From Hydrolagus affinis (Eukaryota), in contig JAAILG010000534.1 of NCBI GenBank assembly GCA_012026655.1, positions 1-64,000 on the forward strand: a DNA stretch of 64,000 nucleotides. The letters run 5' to 3'. Within the stretch, counting starts at the first letter, position 1. The number at the start of each line of letters is the position of its first letter. The notes beneath the pieces were generated by a model that was not told the DNA's origin, did not search any database, and saw nothing but the letters and a program-made list of their open reading frames with translations. Shown here piece after piece: positions 50,331 through 62,559 of this stretch. The position numbers and the translations under genes were made by a program.

Positions 50331-50920
50331 CCAAATGCTGCCGTGTCTTATAGAGTTATGTGTTTTACTTCATTCCTGTTAACTCCAGTCCACTTATACG
50401 CATTAGAGACATATCGCAAAGCACTTTGCTGGTTCAGCACGCTTTTAATTATGTGCTAATTACATTTACTGCTGACTTACTGCAGTCTAATGGAATATAT
50501 TTGCTTGGCAGAATTTAACATTTTATGGTTCCCAGCTTTCTAACAATCGTTCAGCTACCTAGCCATTGAAGATGGGTGGGATACACACAATGCAACAAAG
50601 TAGAACCCAAATAAAATGTGTTCAGTATTTTGTTAAACAGTGCCCCAAATTTCCCGCACAACCTTAACATATTTTCGTAAAATCGTAAGTATGTTTTTTT
50701 AAGCAATAACCAATATTGCCTTAATTTCAAGGCAAGATAAACAGTGTTAAATCCTTCTCTTTCTTGTGCCATGACGCATTAAAATTCAGCTAATTTTTTT
50801 TCCACTCCCTGTTGCAACCTACGATAGAAAATGTCAACAATTCCCTCAGTCCTTATGGGAGTCAGTGATGGATATTGCAAGCAATTCTGTGCTCTCAGCA
50901 ATGCAAAGCTCAGTCATTCT

Positions 50921-51455
50921 CAACAACAACAACAACAACAACAACAACAACTCCGATTTATATAGCGCACTCCACGCTGGACGGCGTCTAAGATCGCTTC
51001 ATAATAACGGATCCCGGGACCGAGCCAGGGGCAGGGGTAGAAAGGTGACCAAAAGCACGGTCGAAGAGAAAGGTCTTTAGCTGTGACCTGAAACTGGGAA
51101 GAGAGGGGGTGAGGCGAAGGGAGTGAGGAAGGGAGTTCCAGAGCCTTGCGGCATAGTGGCTGAAGGCACGGCCGCCGAGGTTGGAACGAAGGATTCGGGG
51201 ACATGGAGGAGGCCAGACCCAGTGGAGCAAAGGCAATGGGTGCTGGTTTGGGGAGAGAGGAGATCAGAGAGGTAGGCGGGTGCAGAGGAGTGGAGGGATT
51301 TCAAAACAGAGTGAGGATCTTGAATTCGATCCTCTCAGGGACACAGAGCCAGGGAAGTCTGGCAAGGACTGGGGTAATGGGGGAGCGAAGCTTGGTGCGG
51401 GTGAGTATGTGGGCGGCAGAGTTTTGAATTAGCTGGATTCTCCCTTCCCCCGTCT
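50921..51455 (-). mobile_element. L2 LINE 3' fragment, second subfamily, with (GTT)n tail
   Basis: KSLHSSAPAYLSDLL and LGGRAFSHYAARLWNSLP...LKTFLFD motifs; (caa)n at 50921-50950. Confidence 0.92.
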
Positions 51456-51960
51456 CTCCAGAGTTGGAGGAATTTCTTCCGTTGTTTATTCTGAAATGTA
51501 ATGAAACTTATTATCGATAGTAATCCATAATATTTATGATAAGGCAAAACTAAATTGTGGCTCATGACTTGAATCGATAGCTGAGATATATATCTATGGG
51601 GTGCTATCTACAAGGTCTTATCGTTTTTCTTATGGTGAGCTATTCTGCAATAGCTGGGAAGTACTTGTATCCACCTAAATTTGAGTGAGGATTTTACCAG
51701 GTACCTTCAGGCTAAGATTATGTATTTTGTTTTCCCCCATTCACATTCCAAACCTACCTTTATTAACAATCTTAATTAAGCACCGTACCTTTTCAAAATA
51801 GAAATATTTCAAACATAGAAATAATTAAATGAAAGTAGAGGAAGCTTCCTTTGATTTGACTGTGTTAAATCAACAGCTAATTGAATTGAACAAGAAAATT
51901 ATTAAACTACTACTAACTGCTACGAATAATAATCCTTGCATTTGACATTGCGCCTCCTCA

Positions 51961-52122
51961 CATAGATTCATAGATTCATAGAATTTTACGGCACAAAAGG
52001 AGGCCATTCGGCCCATCTAGTCTGTGCCGGCTCTTTGAAAAGAGCGATTCAATCCCACTGCCCTGCCCGCTCCCCATAGCCTAATAGACCTGTTCTCCCT
52101 AAATAAAGATCTAATTCCCTTT
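51961..52122 (-). mobile_element. CR1 3' end nested in a SINE tail (SINE parts ~51925-51960 and 52123-52145)
   Basis: catagatt repeats followed by ggcacaaaaggaggccattcggcccatctagtctgtgcc. Near-identical to the reverse complement of 34110-34150. Confidence 0.88.
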
Positions 52123-52364
52123 CAAGATGTCCCGAACTGCTTCTAATGGAGTGAAGAATATATTAGGCTTGATTATATACTTGTAAAGGATGAGAACCAA
52201 CACTGTTCCCTTGTTGATATGCTGTATCAAATACAAATGTTGTCTCAAAAACAGTGTTATGATATTATTATTATTGGTCAAGACATTGTGAGAAACTCCT
52301 GTTTTGAATAGGGCTGTGAGATCTTTAATATCCACCGTAATAATATTAATAATACTAATAATAA

Positions 52365-52470
52365 TAACGTCCTCCCTGCCTGATCCCAAACCCCAGCTCG
52401 GGCCCAAAACACTGAATGTCCAGCACCTCCCGAAAGGTGCTATACAAATGCACTTTTGTTGTTTTTGTTG
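52365..52470 (+). mobile_element. L2 3' end fragment
   Basis: ccccagctcgggcccaaaacactga...gaaaggtgctatacaaatgc. Confidence 0.7.
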
Positions 52471-52992
52471 GTCACGATGAGTGTCCCATCTGAAGGAAAG
52501 CATCTGCAATAATGTTCCCTTTTAACTCGGAGGAAAGATTTTTTGCGGCTACTTAAATGAATAATTCCCCGTTCTAGGACTTAACAACTTGCATTGTTGT
52601 TCTGCGTTGAATCAACATCAATGACTGTTCTGTAACAGTCTTGTTACTTAACGTTTTATTGAAGTTTGCCAGCTAAATTAACCATATTAAGAACCACCAT
52701 GGATAGAATCAAAAAAGTCATTAATAATACATTCTAATTTTTTTTTATCTTGACTTTAAATTGCTGTAACAATGAGAGAGAATACAATATTCATTTGTGT
52801 GCCATAAATATTTGATTGAAAAAACTATATTTGCTGAAATTTTTCCTCCAAGTCTCTTTTTCTTGTATTTTATTCCCCGATGATTATTCAATTTGGAAGA
52901 TCCAAATAAAGATTAATTTAAAAATTGTCAATTTAACTACAAAAACATCCTAATTGGAGTGTGTTCTAGTCGTGCAGTTAAGGAGTGACTAA

Positions 52993-53245
52993 TCCCTTCC
53001 GCTCTCTGGCACTTCCCTACCTCTCTGACCTCCTCAATCCCCAATCCACCATCTAACTCCTCCACTCGACTGGCACCGGCTTCTTGCTCGTCCCTCGCAC
53101 TCTTTGCCCCACAATTGAAGCCCGCACTTTCAGCCCATACCCCCCAAAACTCTGGAAAACTCTCCCTCAATCCCTTTGCCTTGACCCCTCTCTCCCCGTT
53201 TTCAAGTCTGGCCTGAAAACCTTCCTCTACGACCATGCTTATAAG
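52993..53245 (+). mobile_element. L2 LINE 3' fragment
   Basis: ORF reads RTFSPYPPKLWKTLP...FKSGLKTFLYD. Confidence 0.85.
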
Positions 53246-54607
53246 TTGAATAATATGGGTGCTACATTAAATGCAAGTATTACTGCAGTATTATTATTTA
53301 ATCTGGGTCCTCATGTTAATGGGGCTTTTGCCAAGTTATCAACCTCTTTTCCCACAAAGTTGACTCTGCTGCTGAGTAATAGGAATGCTATTGGTCAGCA
53401 TCTTCTCTTTTTTAAAATCATTTTTTTTAACTGTGAAGTATACCTCCCAGTTTGGGTGAAATGGAACCCTGTACCAAGCTAAGGCAGGCTTGGACTGAAG
53501 TCCGTGGTGTATTTGATTGACGGATGTATCCCTGGGTTCTTCAGTGATAAAGAACAAACTGAGAAACACAAACAGCACATGTTAAGCATGGGTCTATCTG
53601 TATCAGTGGAGAGTTCAGCCTCTGTAAATATAAAAGGAAAACAAAATGGAGCCAGCAAGTCAATTTTGTCTCCATCTGATAACCACGTAGGCTCCAGAAG
53701 TCAAACATTGGCTTGCTGAATTGAACACTGGTCAGTAAATTGTATTCCTGGAGTCGTGTTGCTCTCAGAATGAATGCTAAGACAAGGCTTGTACTGAATG
53801 TTCCAACACCCCACCCTCACTTTCAAGTTAAACAAATAGCGGTGAGAGTGTATTGATTGATGGTGCAAACAGTACGCGGAGACTTGGAGACATTCATCAG
53901 ATTGTTTGAGTTCCAGACATGACAAATAGCATTGTCTCTATAGTGGCTACACATTGGAGACAGAACTGGCTTCTGCCAGGTGTCTTGTTTGCCCACCGCA
54001 TTGCATCATAATTCTTTGGCTGCCATGTTACCTGGCCCGGGTGTTGAGAAAATCCACCAAGTCCAAAGAAATCTGTGGGAGTCCCTGGGGAAATTGCCAT
54101 AACCTTCAAGATTAATTGTTTTCCTCACCAATAAAAAATATCCTTGCATGGTACCTTGCCTGCTAATCTGAGTGGAATATCAATATTTTTATTTTTAAAT
54201 AAAGCAGCTGAACGCAGATCTGAAGCAATACTCATACAGAGTGCCTCCTTCACCAAGGATAATATTTACCTGTGCGGCAACAGCAGTTTGGCATTGGTGC
54301 TGTAATAGAGGTCAATCATTCTGATCAAAGTAATGATTCTTTGTTATAGTAGTTTAAAAATAAGCGGTGGCACTTTGTGGGGGTCACACTGTAAATATGG
54401 TTATTTTTTTTATTGGTAGCAGTATAGCAGATGGTCACATTAGGTTTTCTCAGTTCCCTTAATGTAGAAGCAAACTCGGTATAGCGTTGCAGTTGGTAGG
54501 AATTAGTACAAGGAATCACAAGAACCCAGCACTCTTTGTATCCCTTTCCTTATGACTGTCAACATTCTACAACTGTGTGGCATAAACCAGTGTCAATCAT
54601 AATACTG

Positions 54608-54670
54608 TACTATATATATAGATATATTTATTATATATATATAGATATGTATATAAATAATAAATAAAAA
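54608..54670. repeat. (TA)n low-complexity tract
   Basis: Directly visible in the sequence. Confidence 0.8.
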
Positions 54671-56689
54671 GAAAACTGGATGTCTGATACATGTGGAAAC
54701 ATATGCTTAAAGAGTATCTAAACCCGGCTGAGATTTCCATCCATCATAATAAACAAAATACACTCTCCTTCAATCACACGTAAGAAACAAAACTGGATGG
54801 AAACTACTGGTCAGAACGCAACGCTATCTCCACCACCAGCATAATCTGCCAGGAAAAGAGGAAGGAACTCCATGGCACAAAGGAACAACAACAACAACAA
54901 CATTATTACATAAGAAAACAGAAGCTAGTGCTAAATTGTCAGTGGTTCAAAGTAGAAAAACATTGGGCATCAAGCTGTTTAGACCCAAAGAAGGAGCTGT
55001 GATGAATTGTTGCTTTACACTGTTTATTATTTACTTGACATTAATATGTTTCTTTGGTTGTAGCTCAGTTTGGCAGGATCTGCAGGTTGAGGAACAAGGT
55101 CGTGAACCATAATTTCAGCATTAGGCAGAAGCCCCCCCAACAGCTGTAACTACAGACTATTGTTATATTCAAAAACAGCAGTCTGATATGATTAGTTGAG
55201 CTTCACAGGGTCATGTTTTGATTCCAAGAAATATGTGCATTTGACATGCAGGATCCTGCATTTTGTACATTGATGTGGACCATGGAATTGACTGTGGCAC
55301 TTTAATCTTCCCATGTGTTAGCAGTCAATGATTCCCAGTGCCTTTGGAGAAGACAAGGAAGGCGTAAAATTGTTGGTGCTATCTCTGGAACTGCTGCTCT
55401 GAGACGAATAAGATGGCTAGCTAGCCCTCGGGGACAGTGCATTAGCCTCGGCTTAGACAGACATGGTTCCCCAGCTAATATCTGAGAGATCCTTTGCAAG
55501 TGACTAGAATGGCCCGGGGACAAAAAAGATCAGATCGGCCGCAAATTCACATCCATAGAAAAACATTTCTAATCTCTACATTGCTTTAATTGCCATCAGT
55601 GTTGGGCTGGCAGAGCTGGGCACCCCTGCCTGGTTTTCATTTAGGCCCATTCTGGAAGATTGTTTGCTGAGCATCTTGTGCCTGGTGTGACCACATGGCT
55701 CGTCCATCTACTTCTCGTTGGGAAAAACAATGGTACCCTTGTGATGTATTTGATCGAAGATGTTACCCTCTCCAGCTGGACTTCTAAGTGACAGGTCTGC
55801 TGGCTTTTTAAGTATTTGGAAATATCAATGCGGGCTGCATTAATTAGATCAGCCTCTCCTCCCTAGTTAATAAGCTTAATTGGTGTTTTACTACCAGCTT
55901 GGGCCACCTGTTTCGAATGCCAGAAACAGCTGTTGGAAACTGGTATCCTTTGTCCCCAATGAACAGATATGTCAAACAATGTGGGGATGCTATTTCTGGA
56001 TGGGCTTTAAACTGTCACCAAATTCTTGACATCCAGAAATCTGCCACTCAGTTTTCATTATTGAATGCAAAGAGCCAAAATGGATAAGAAGTTGTTCCAG
56101 TAATGGTATTCTGCCCCTAGGTTCGCAAATATTATATGATAAAATATTTACTAAATGCGTCACTCACATTGAGGTGCAAGATGTCAATCAAGAAATTAAC
56201 TTATTTTTGTCTTGTTGATGGGTGTCCACATTTCAACCCTTTGATCTTCACTGTGGGGCCTAATTGGTAAGAGAGCTGTCAACTGAGTTAAAAAGCTGTG
56301 ATTAAGCTGCCTCAGCCCTCGGCTGGCAATGGGGAGCTGGAGCACAAGATGTGCGGCTCTTGTGTGTCTGAACGAGTTTTAAATGGAATGGAATCAGAGA
56401 TAGCAAGAGACAGAGGATGCAGCGGATTCAGCCCAATATGAAGCTATGCTACATAATCTCAAGTAAATTCCAGTCTGCAAATTGCAGATGGAGCTGATAG
56501 CACAAAACCATAATGTGTCTGAACCTATATTGGATGACTATGTAAAGCTCTATATTGAAATAAAGCCTTCAGATCCTTGTAGAGTTTTTCAATTCTTTAC
56601 ATATATCCAAGATATCTTGCTGAGTGGCAGTGCTCTCACGTATTTCATGCTGAGCTGTGTTGCCCACTCCGAGATAATTCCAGTGAGTC

Positions 56690-56898
56690 CTGAAACCCAT
56701 CATTCACTGAGTGAGGGCTCAAATCCGGAATAAGTAAGCAGAATGAGTTCCTCCAGGGATGGAGTGTACGTTCCATTCCATCAGGTGAATCTCCTTGTAT
56801 AGGTGGGATGCTTGGAATTCTCAGTTTAGTTTGGATGCTCTTCATCGTGTTGATGGGTTTCCCCGTGTATCAGACATCTGGCTGACCACAAAAAAAAA
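56690..56898 (+). repeat. Second copy of the unclassified repeat, ending in an A-run
   Basis: Reverse complement aligns with 41187-41350; ends ggctgaccacaaaaaaaaa. Confidence 0.55.
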
Positions 56899-57579
56899 GC
56901 TATTTATCCCTCTAATGAAAATTATTTATTCATTAAAATAACAGCCCTGTCATGTACTGTTGCTGTAAACATGTACTTTATGTGGTGTGTAAACTAGATT
57001 TTTTTTTCCCCTGCAGATTTGGTGTGAATTTTTAAAAATATTCCTAATGGAAACAGTTTATGCTACGTTAATTGAATCTCTTTGAACAAGAAGAAAAAAA
57101 AACTGTTGGTAAACAGGATTCAAATGTGCATAGATGATCAAATTTTCTATGAAATATGACAATTTGTGCGCTGCAAGACCATGTTATCTGTGGAATGGAA
57201 TTGTTTATAGCTGAATATTATGGATTAGAAGGTTAAATTAATGGCCTGAAGTTTGACTTGATGATTTCTGTTGGTTGAGGAGAAATTTCAGCAACTTTAT
57301 TTTTATGGAGGCGTTAATCTATGGCTAGCTCCCTTGGTAAATTGAATAGGTTAGGAATATTCCATATGTAATATCCAACAATTTAAGCAGGGGATAATAC
57401 ATATGTTTTTAGGCGACAGTAATATGATGGATCTTAACATTCTATGTTTTGTTCTGCACCAATCTTGTCCTGAATGCTTTCACTTAATGCCCGAGCATAG
57501 AACTTTCTCTATTTTAAACAGTTTGCGGTGTCGCCTTTCATAAAGCTGAGTTTAGCATACTTGCTATGCATCAAGTGTG

Positions 57580-57652
57580 TCAGTTTAGTTCTTGCCTTTG
57601 AGTCAGAAGGTTGTGGATTCAGATCACATGTAGACAGAGGTTGGCATAATAA
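57580..57652 (+). mobile_element. SacSINE1-like tRNA head relic
   Basis: tcttgcctttgagtcagaaggttgtggattca matches the Deu-SINE head as I recall it. Confidence 0.5.
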
Positions 57653-58015
57653 CGTTTTGTGTTCTTAACTCGTTAAGCATCTTATTAGTTTTTAACTTGT
57701 TCTGAGTAGTGTAATTTAATGTTTGGTCTTGTTCTGGTTGCCTTCCTTTATCCCGTCGAGATGCTTCCATTCTAGTTTCTCAGTTCATTGGCTCTATCAT
57801 GAGCCAGTCATTAAAAATCGCAATCTCTTTATGATGTGTTTAAAAGAGGAAAAGAGTGCTACTTTCGCGATTGGCACATTGTCAAACACGGAAGGTTTGT
57901 AAGCAAAATGTTAATCTCTCTTTGAGATGCTGATGTACATTCCCAGGATCCTGTTTGCAAGCAACTGCTTGCTGTCTTCTGAAGATCCACATAATATGGA
58001 ATCGAGGTATCCAAT

Positions 58016-58333
58016 TGGAGTCCTGTGGAGTCCTGTAGCTCAGTGGTTAGAGCACTCGCCTTACAAGCGAGAGACCTGGATTCGATTCCAGGCTGTGTGA
58101 AACCTTGGGAAAGTTTCCTTACTCTACATGCCTGATAATAATCCCTCAATAAAAAAATAATAAATTGATCATTTCATTCCCTGACTGTTTGTGGGACAGG
58201 GCTGTGCACAAATGGCTCCAGCATTTCGCACGCAAATAAGTCAATTCACTTTCCAGTATAACCAGTGAAGTACTTCGAGATATCTAGAAGGCGTGAAAAC
58301 CACTCTATCAAATGCAAGGATTATTATAATAAT
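58016..58333 (+). mobile_element. Full-length tRNA-derived SINE with a 10-bp 5' duplication
   Basis: tggagtcctg-tggagtcctgtagctcag..., with the tail present. Confidence 0.9.
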
Positions 58334-59277
58334 AAAGATTAAATGAATTCAGAAACTGCAGTGATCCCAATCAGTATTATTTATTAAAAAAAAAGGCTGG
58401 AATTAGAATATAATTCTATTACGCTTACTCTTTTTAAATTTATTTTGAAATTCTATTAAAAAGATTTTAATCTTATTATGAATGCATAACAGAGATTTAT
58501 AGAGCTGTAATCTCATTGAGAAGTTCACATGTCTTCATAATCCATGAGATAGTATCATGAATGGGCTATGTTTATTATTAGATTCATTGATTAAACTGAT
58601 GCTTAAATTCATAGGAAGGTAAATACTCCACTTCTGAGTGCAGTTAGGTAATTTCCTTGTAGTTGCATATATCCATGCGACATAAGATATTTACAATGCA
58701 GTACTTGGCTGTAATACACAATCATATAAATTATGGGATAGGAATTAGTGCATTACCAGTATTGTTACAGAGAAGAAGTGTGCATGTCTACGTTACATCT
58801 TTGTTACATCTTGCTATTGATTGTTGCAGTAACTCATACATAATACATACAGGAATAATTTAATGATATGATAATAAGTGCATGGTGAGATACAAAGGCT
58901 GTGGTAATCACTAGATTATAGCACCAGTTCCATTAGAACGAAAACTATTCTTCCCGAAAGCATCAATTTGAAGAAAATAACAGACTCCATCCCCCTCTAA
59001 ATGTCCCAGATTATGAACCAGATCCCAGATGTGAAACTATGCTTGCCCATGTGACACGCAGTCTCCAAGTAGAAATAAATCATTCTTTTTCTGTCCAAAC
59101 TGGATTTGAATCCAAAGATCCAGAAATGTGAGAACCAACACATTCTGAAACAATGCCCCAGTGCCTCATCAAAGAGAAGAGATCTGGATCCCATTAAGTT
59201 TGGTTAGATTTCAATCTTGAAAGCAAATTACTCTTTCATCTCGAGGAACCTTTATTCAGTCTGTCTGGAATGGATTT

Positions 59278-59510
59278 AATAATAATAATCATAATCTTTG
59301 CACTTGATATAGCCCTTTTCACGTCTTGTAGACACCTCAAAGTGCTTCAGAGAATATACTGTAAAGTGAATTGACTGTATATTTGTGGATGAAACTTGGC
59401 AGCCAATTGCACACAGCAGTATCCTACAAACAGCCGTGGATTGAAATGACCAATTTTTTTAGATTTTTTTGGAGGGATTATTATTAGGCGTGTGGAGTAA
59501 GGAAACTTGC
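59278..59510 (-). mobile_element. SINE body and tail (headless)
   Basis: Reverse complement is colinear with the family from ttccttactccac to the tail. Confidence 0.88.
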
Positions 59511-59629
59511 TCATGTTCTGTTACTTTGTTTAGACTGGAATTTCAGCCCAATTTTCACAAGTGAAATGGCGCAGGCATTGGCAGACATCAACATCTACTC
59601 TGCATAAAGGATGGAAGCCTCCAAGATAA

Positions 59630-59677
59630 AGTCCGACGTGAAGTGCTCTATATAAATGCAAGTTGTTGTTGTTGTTG
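59630..59677 (+). mobile_element. L2 tail
   Basis: ccgacgtgaagtgctctatataaatgcaag(ttg)n. Confidence 0.75.
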
Positions 59678-60994
59678 AATGTCTTCATTCCCTCTATCTT
59701 GGATTTTGCTTACTTACTTTTGAAGAACTGAGTTATATCTATGCAGAACCTTATCCAGGAGATAAGGATGGGATTTACGTGGTCTGGCGATGGTTGATTG
59801 GATTAATGGCCTTTTCTCACTCAATGATCACTTATGTTTTTAAGGGCATTCCTATGGCTTGTCCTTTCCTGCTTGTAATTAGGCATTTCAAAGACTTACC
59901 CATCATGATGAGTCAGGGACTGAAGCTATTCACCCCCAGACCACTGTTAAACACTTGGGACGAGTGCAGTAGTATGAACACAATTGCCCTGGGGTTAATT
60001 TAAAATTCTGCATGATGTAGAAATGACAGCCTTACCAGATGGAACATTTAACTGCTGCAATGCTTCTTTGCCTCAGGGATCTGAATACTCAATGTTCTTT
60101 GCAACGCTCGTTGAGCTCTCCCCCATTAGGTCTATTCATTCAATATCCTATGCTTTTTTTCCCCCCTCTCCTACATTTTTTTTACCTTTGTATTAATATT
60201 TTAGATTTTTATTTATTTATTTTCCTGTCGGTTCTTATTGGTTCAATCTCTATCTTAAGGCCTGATCTTCTCTCTGAAATTGTAACATTTTTCGACACCC
60301 TCCATGACATCTTCTTGTGTACCTTCACACACTCATGTGCTTTGCTGATGTTTGCTTTTGACTTCCTTTTACATCTTAAAAAAAACTCATGCAATAAATT
60401 CCTAGACCAAAGTAAGTTTAAATGAAAATGAACTTTATTATTGCTATTAGAAAATATTTTGCCAAGGTAATAAATCGCATGAGATTGTGCATTTAGAAAT
60501 GAGAGCAGAACGGAGGGCAGCGTTGTTCATGAGAATTATTATCCAGATAGCAATCTTCCCTTTGTATTGAGGACCCATGTATTGAAGCTATGGTATCTTT
60601 ATTAGTGACTATGATTTGGTATCCCTTTTGATGAATAGTACATCTGACAATACAGCATCCGGATAACACTACCCTAGAGATGCCTGTGTTAGGTACCACT
60701 GTGCCTCGGAAACTAACGACTTACAATCTTCTGGAGGTTGCGAAAGTTAGTTTATCCTGAAAATTGATACCTCAAACATCTGTCACTATTCGTGATTGAG
60801 CTACAGGTCATTACTATTGTCACAGCCACCAACTACAATTATGAAGTAAACACTCTCACTGTCAACGCGGACACTCATTAATATCGGACACTTGCATCAA
60901 CTTATCCAAAGGTCACTTTCAACTGAGTCAATATCCAGTACGACTGATTGAGCCACTTGCCACCACTGCTGAAAAGTTGGCTGGTCGACCACCG

Positions 60995-61052
60995 AATGTC
61001 TAGAAGACGTGATAAGGGCGTTATATCAAATGCAAGGATTGTTATTATTATT
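60995..61052 (+). mobile_element. SINE tail only (another at ~61515-61588)
   Basis: gtctagaagacgtgataagggcgttatatcaaatgcaaggatt. Confidence 0.8.
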
Positions 61053-62010
61053 AAAGTCACTTACAATCGATCTTACTGTTAGATACAAGGCCACTACAAC
61101 TAAATGATCTGCTGGTCAGTCCCATTGTTTAAGACTTTGGTCAGTCCTATTTACTGAACCACTGCACACTTCTACTACCCAAGTCAAAGAAATAACAAAC
61201 ATAGCCACTAATTTTGACTAATGACTGATCTGTTAAACCAATTATCAAATGAGTCAGTGGGCACTGTGAGATGCCCCAGCTACCCAAAATACTGCTGAGC
61301 AAAAGGTCAGCACAATAATAATAATAATTAATAACTATTAAACTGATCTGAGATAATGGTTCCCTCTTACCAACTGAGCTGACTGATATTTCAGCTGTAT
61401 GACACAACCACCCATTGAGTCACCAAATGATACCAATCGCTAAACTATTTAACACTGCTACCATCTGAATCAAAGGTAGACTATTATTAGGTCAATGCAC
61501 TACATTCAATCTGGAAAAGTGCTTTTCAGACTTCTCCTGATGTGAATGTTGCTATATCAAATGCAAGGATTATTTTTATTATTTATTAGAACCTCTATCC
61601 AGATCTTGCAAAACATTTTAGAGAGTTAGCATCAAATGCCAAGTGATATAGAGAATAAACAATAAAGATTGACTTGTGAATCTATAACATCAATCAATCA
61701 TAAGCTTTGTAAACCACAAGAGGAAAAAATCTTGATTCAATTATTCCCCTTGCACCTCACTTTTATCTGATATGTATTGATTGAGACTGACTTAGTTAAA
61801 TCAGACATACAGAGGACTGCCGATGGCAAGGATTAATGCAGTGAGGACAGGAATTGCAAAGGCTGAGCCAGCGAGGGGTAACAGACAAATGAGGACTGAT
61901 GCTGAGTACGTGGTGTAGTGGGAACAGTTATAGCAAGGAGCTTATTTATTGTTTACTTTATTTTCCTCACTCATTATTTTTGTCATGATCCTTTCATGCC
62001 ACACATTACA

Positions 62011-62559
62011 GTGGAGTCCTGTAGCTCAGTGGTTAGAGCCTTACAAGCGCGAGACATGTGTTCAAATCCAGGCAGATCAGGGCGAAACCTTGGGCAACTT
62101 CCCTTACTCCACATGCCTAATAATAATCCCTCCAAAAAAAAAAGCAATGATAAATTGGTCATTGAAATCCGTGTCTGTTTGTGGGGCACTGCTGTGTGCA
62201 ATTGGCTGCCACGTTTCGCCCACAAATATACAGTCAACTCACTTTATAGTATACAAAAACAAAAGTTGCTGGGGAAACTCAGCAGGTCAAACAGCATCCA
62301 CGGAGAAAGGAAAAAGAGTCAACGTTTCGGGACGAAGGGTTGTAGACCCGAAACGTTGACTCTTTTTCCTTTCTCCACGGATGCTGTTTGACCTACTGAG
62401 TTTCCCCAGCAACTTTTCCTTTTGTTTCAGATTCCCAGCATCTGTCATATTTTGTGTTTTGTTTCACTTTATAGTATATTCTGTGAAGCGCTTTGAGACA
62501 TCTAGAAGATGTGAAAAGCACGTTATCAAAATACAAGGATTATTATATTATTATTATTA
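62011..62559 (+). mobile_element. Full-length tRNA-derived SINE interrupted by a hairpin cassette
   Basis: Standard head and body, insert at cactttatagtat, then the tail. Confidence 0.92.
62253..62464. mobile_element. Second palindromic Penelope-like cassette
   Basis: Inverted arms homologous to 24061-24308, with the apex partly deleted. tcactttatagtata is duplicated on both sides. Confidence 0.7.

Noticed and set aside
55059-55110. tRNA-like fragments (gtagctcagtttggcag; also ~33462-33485)
   Set aside because: Only an A-box-like word, with no B box or cloverleaf; too degraded to call.
61918-62391. Longest ORFs in the window (157 aa and 136 aa) as genes
   Set aside because: They read through the SINE and the hairpin cassette, and the same peptides recur at other SINE copies.
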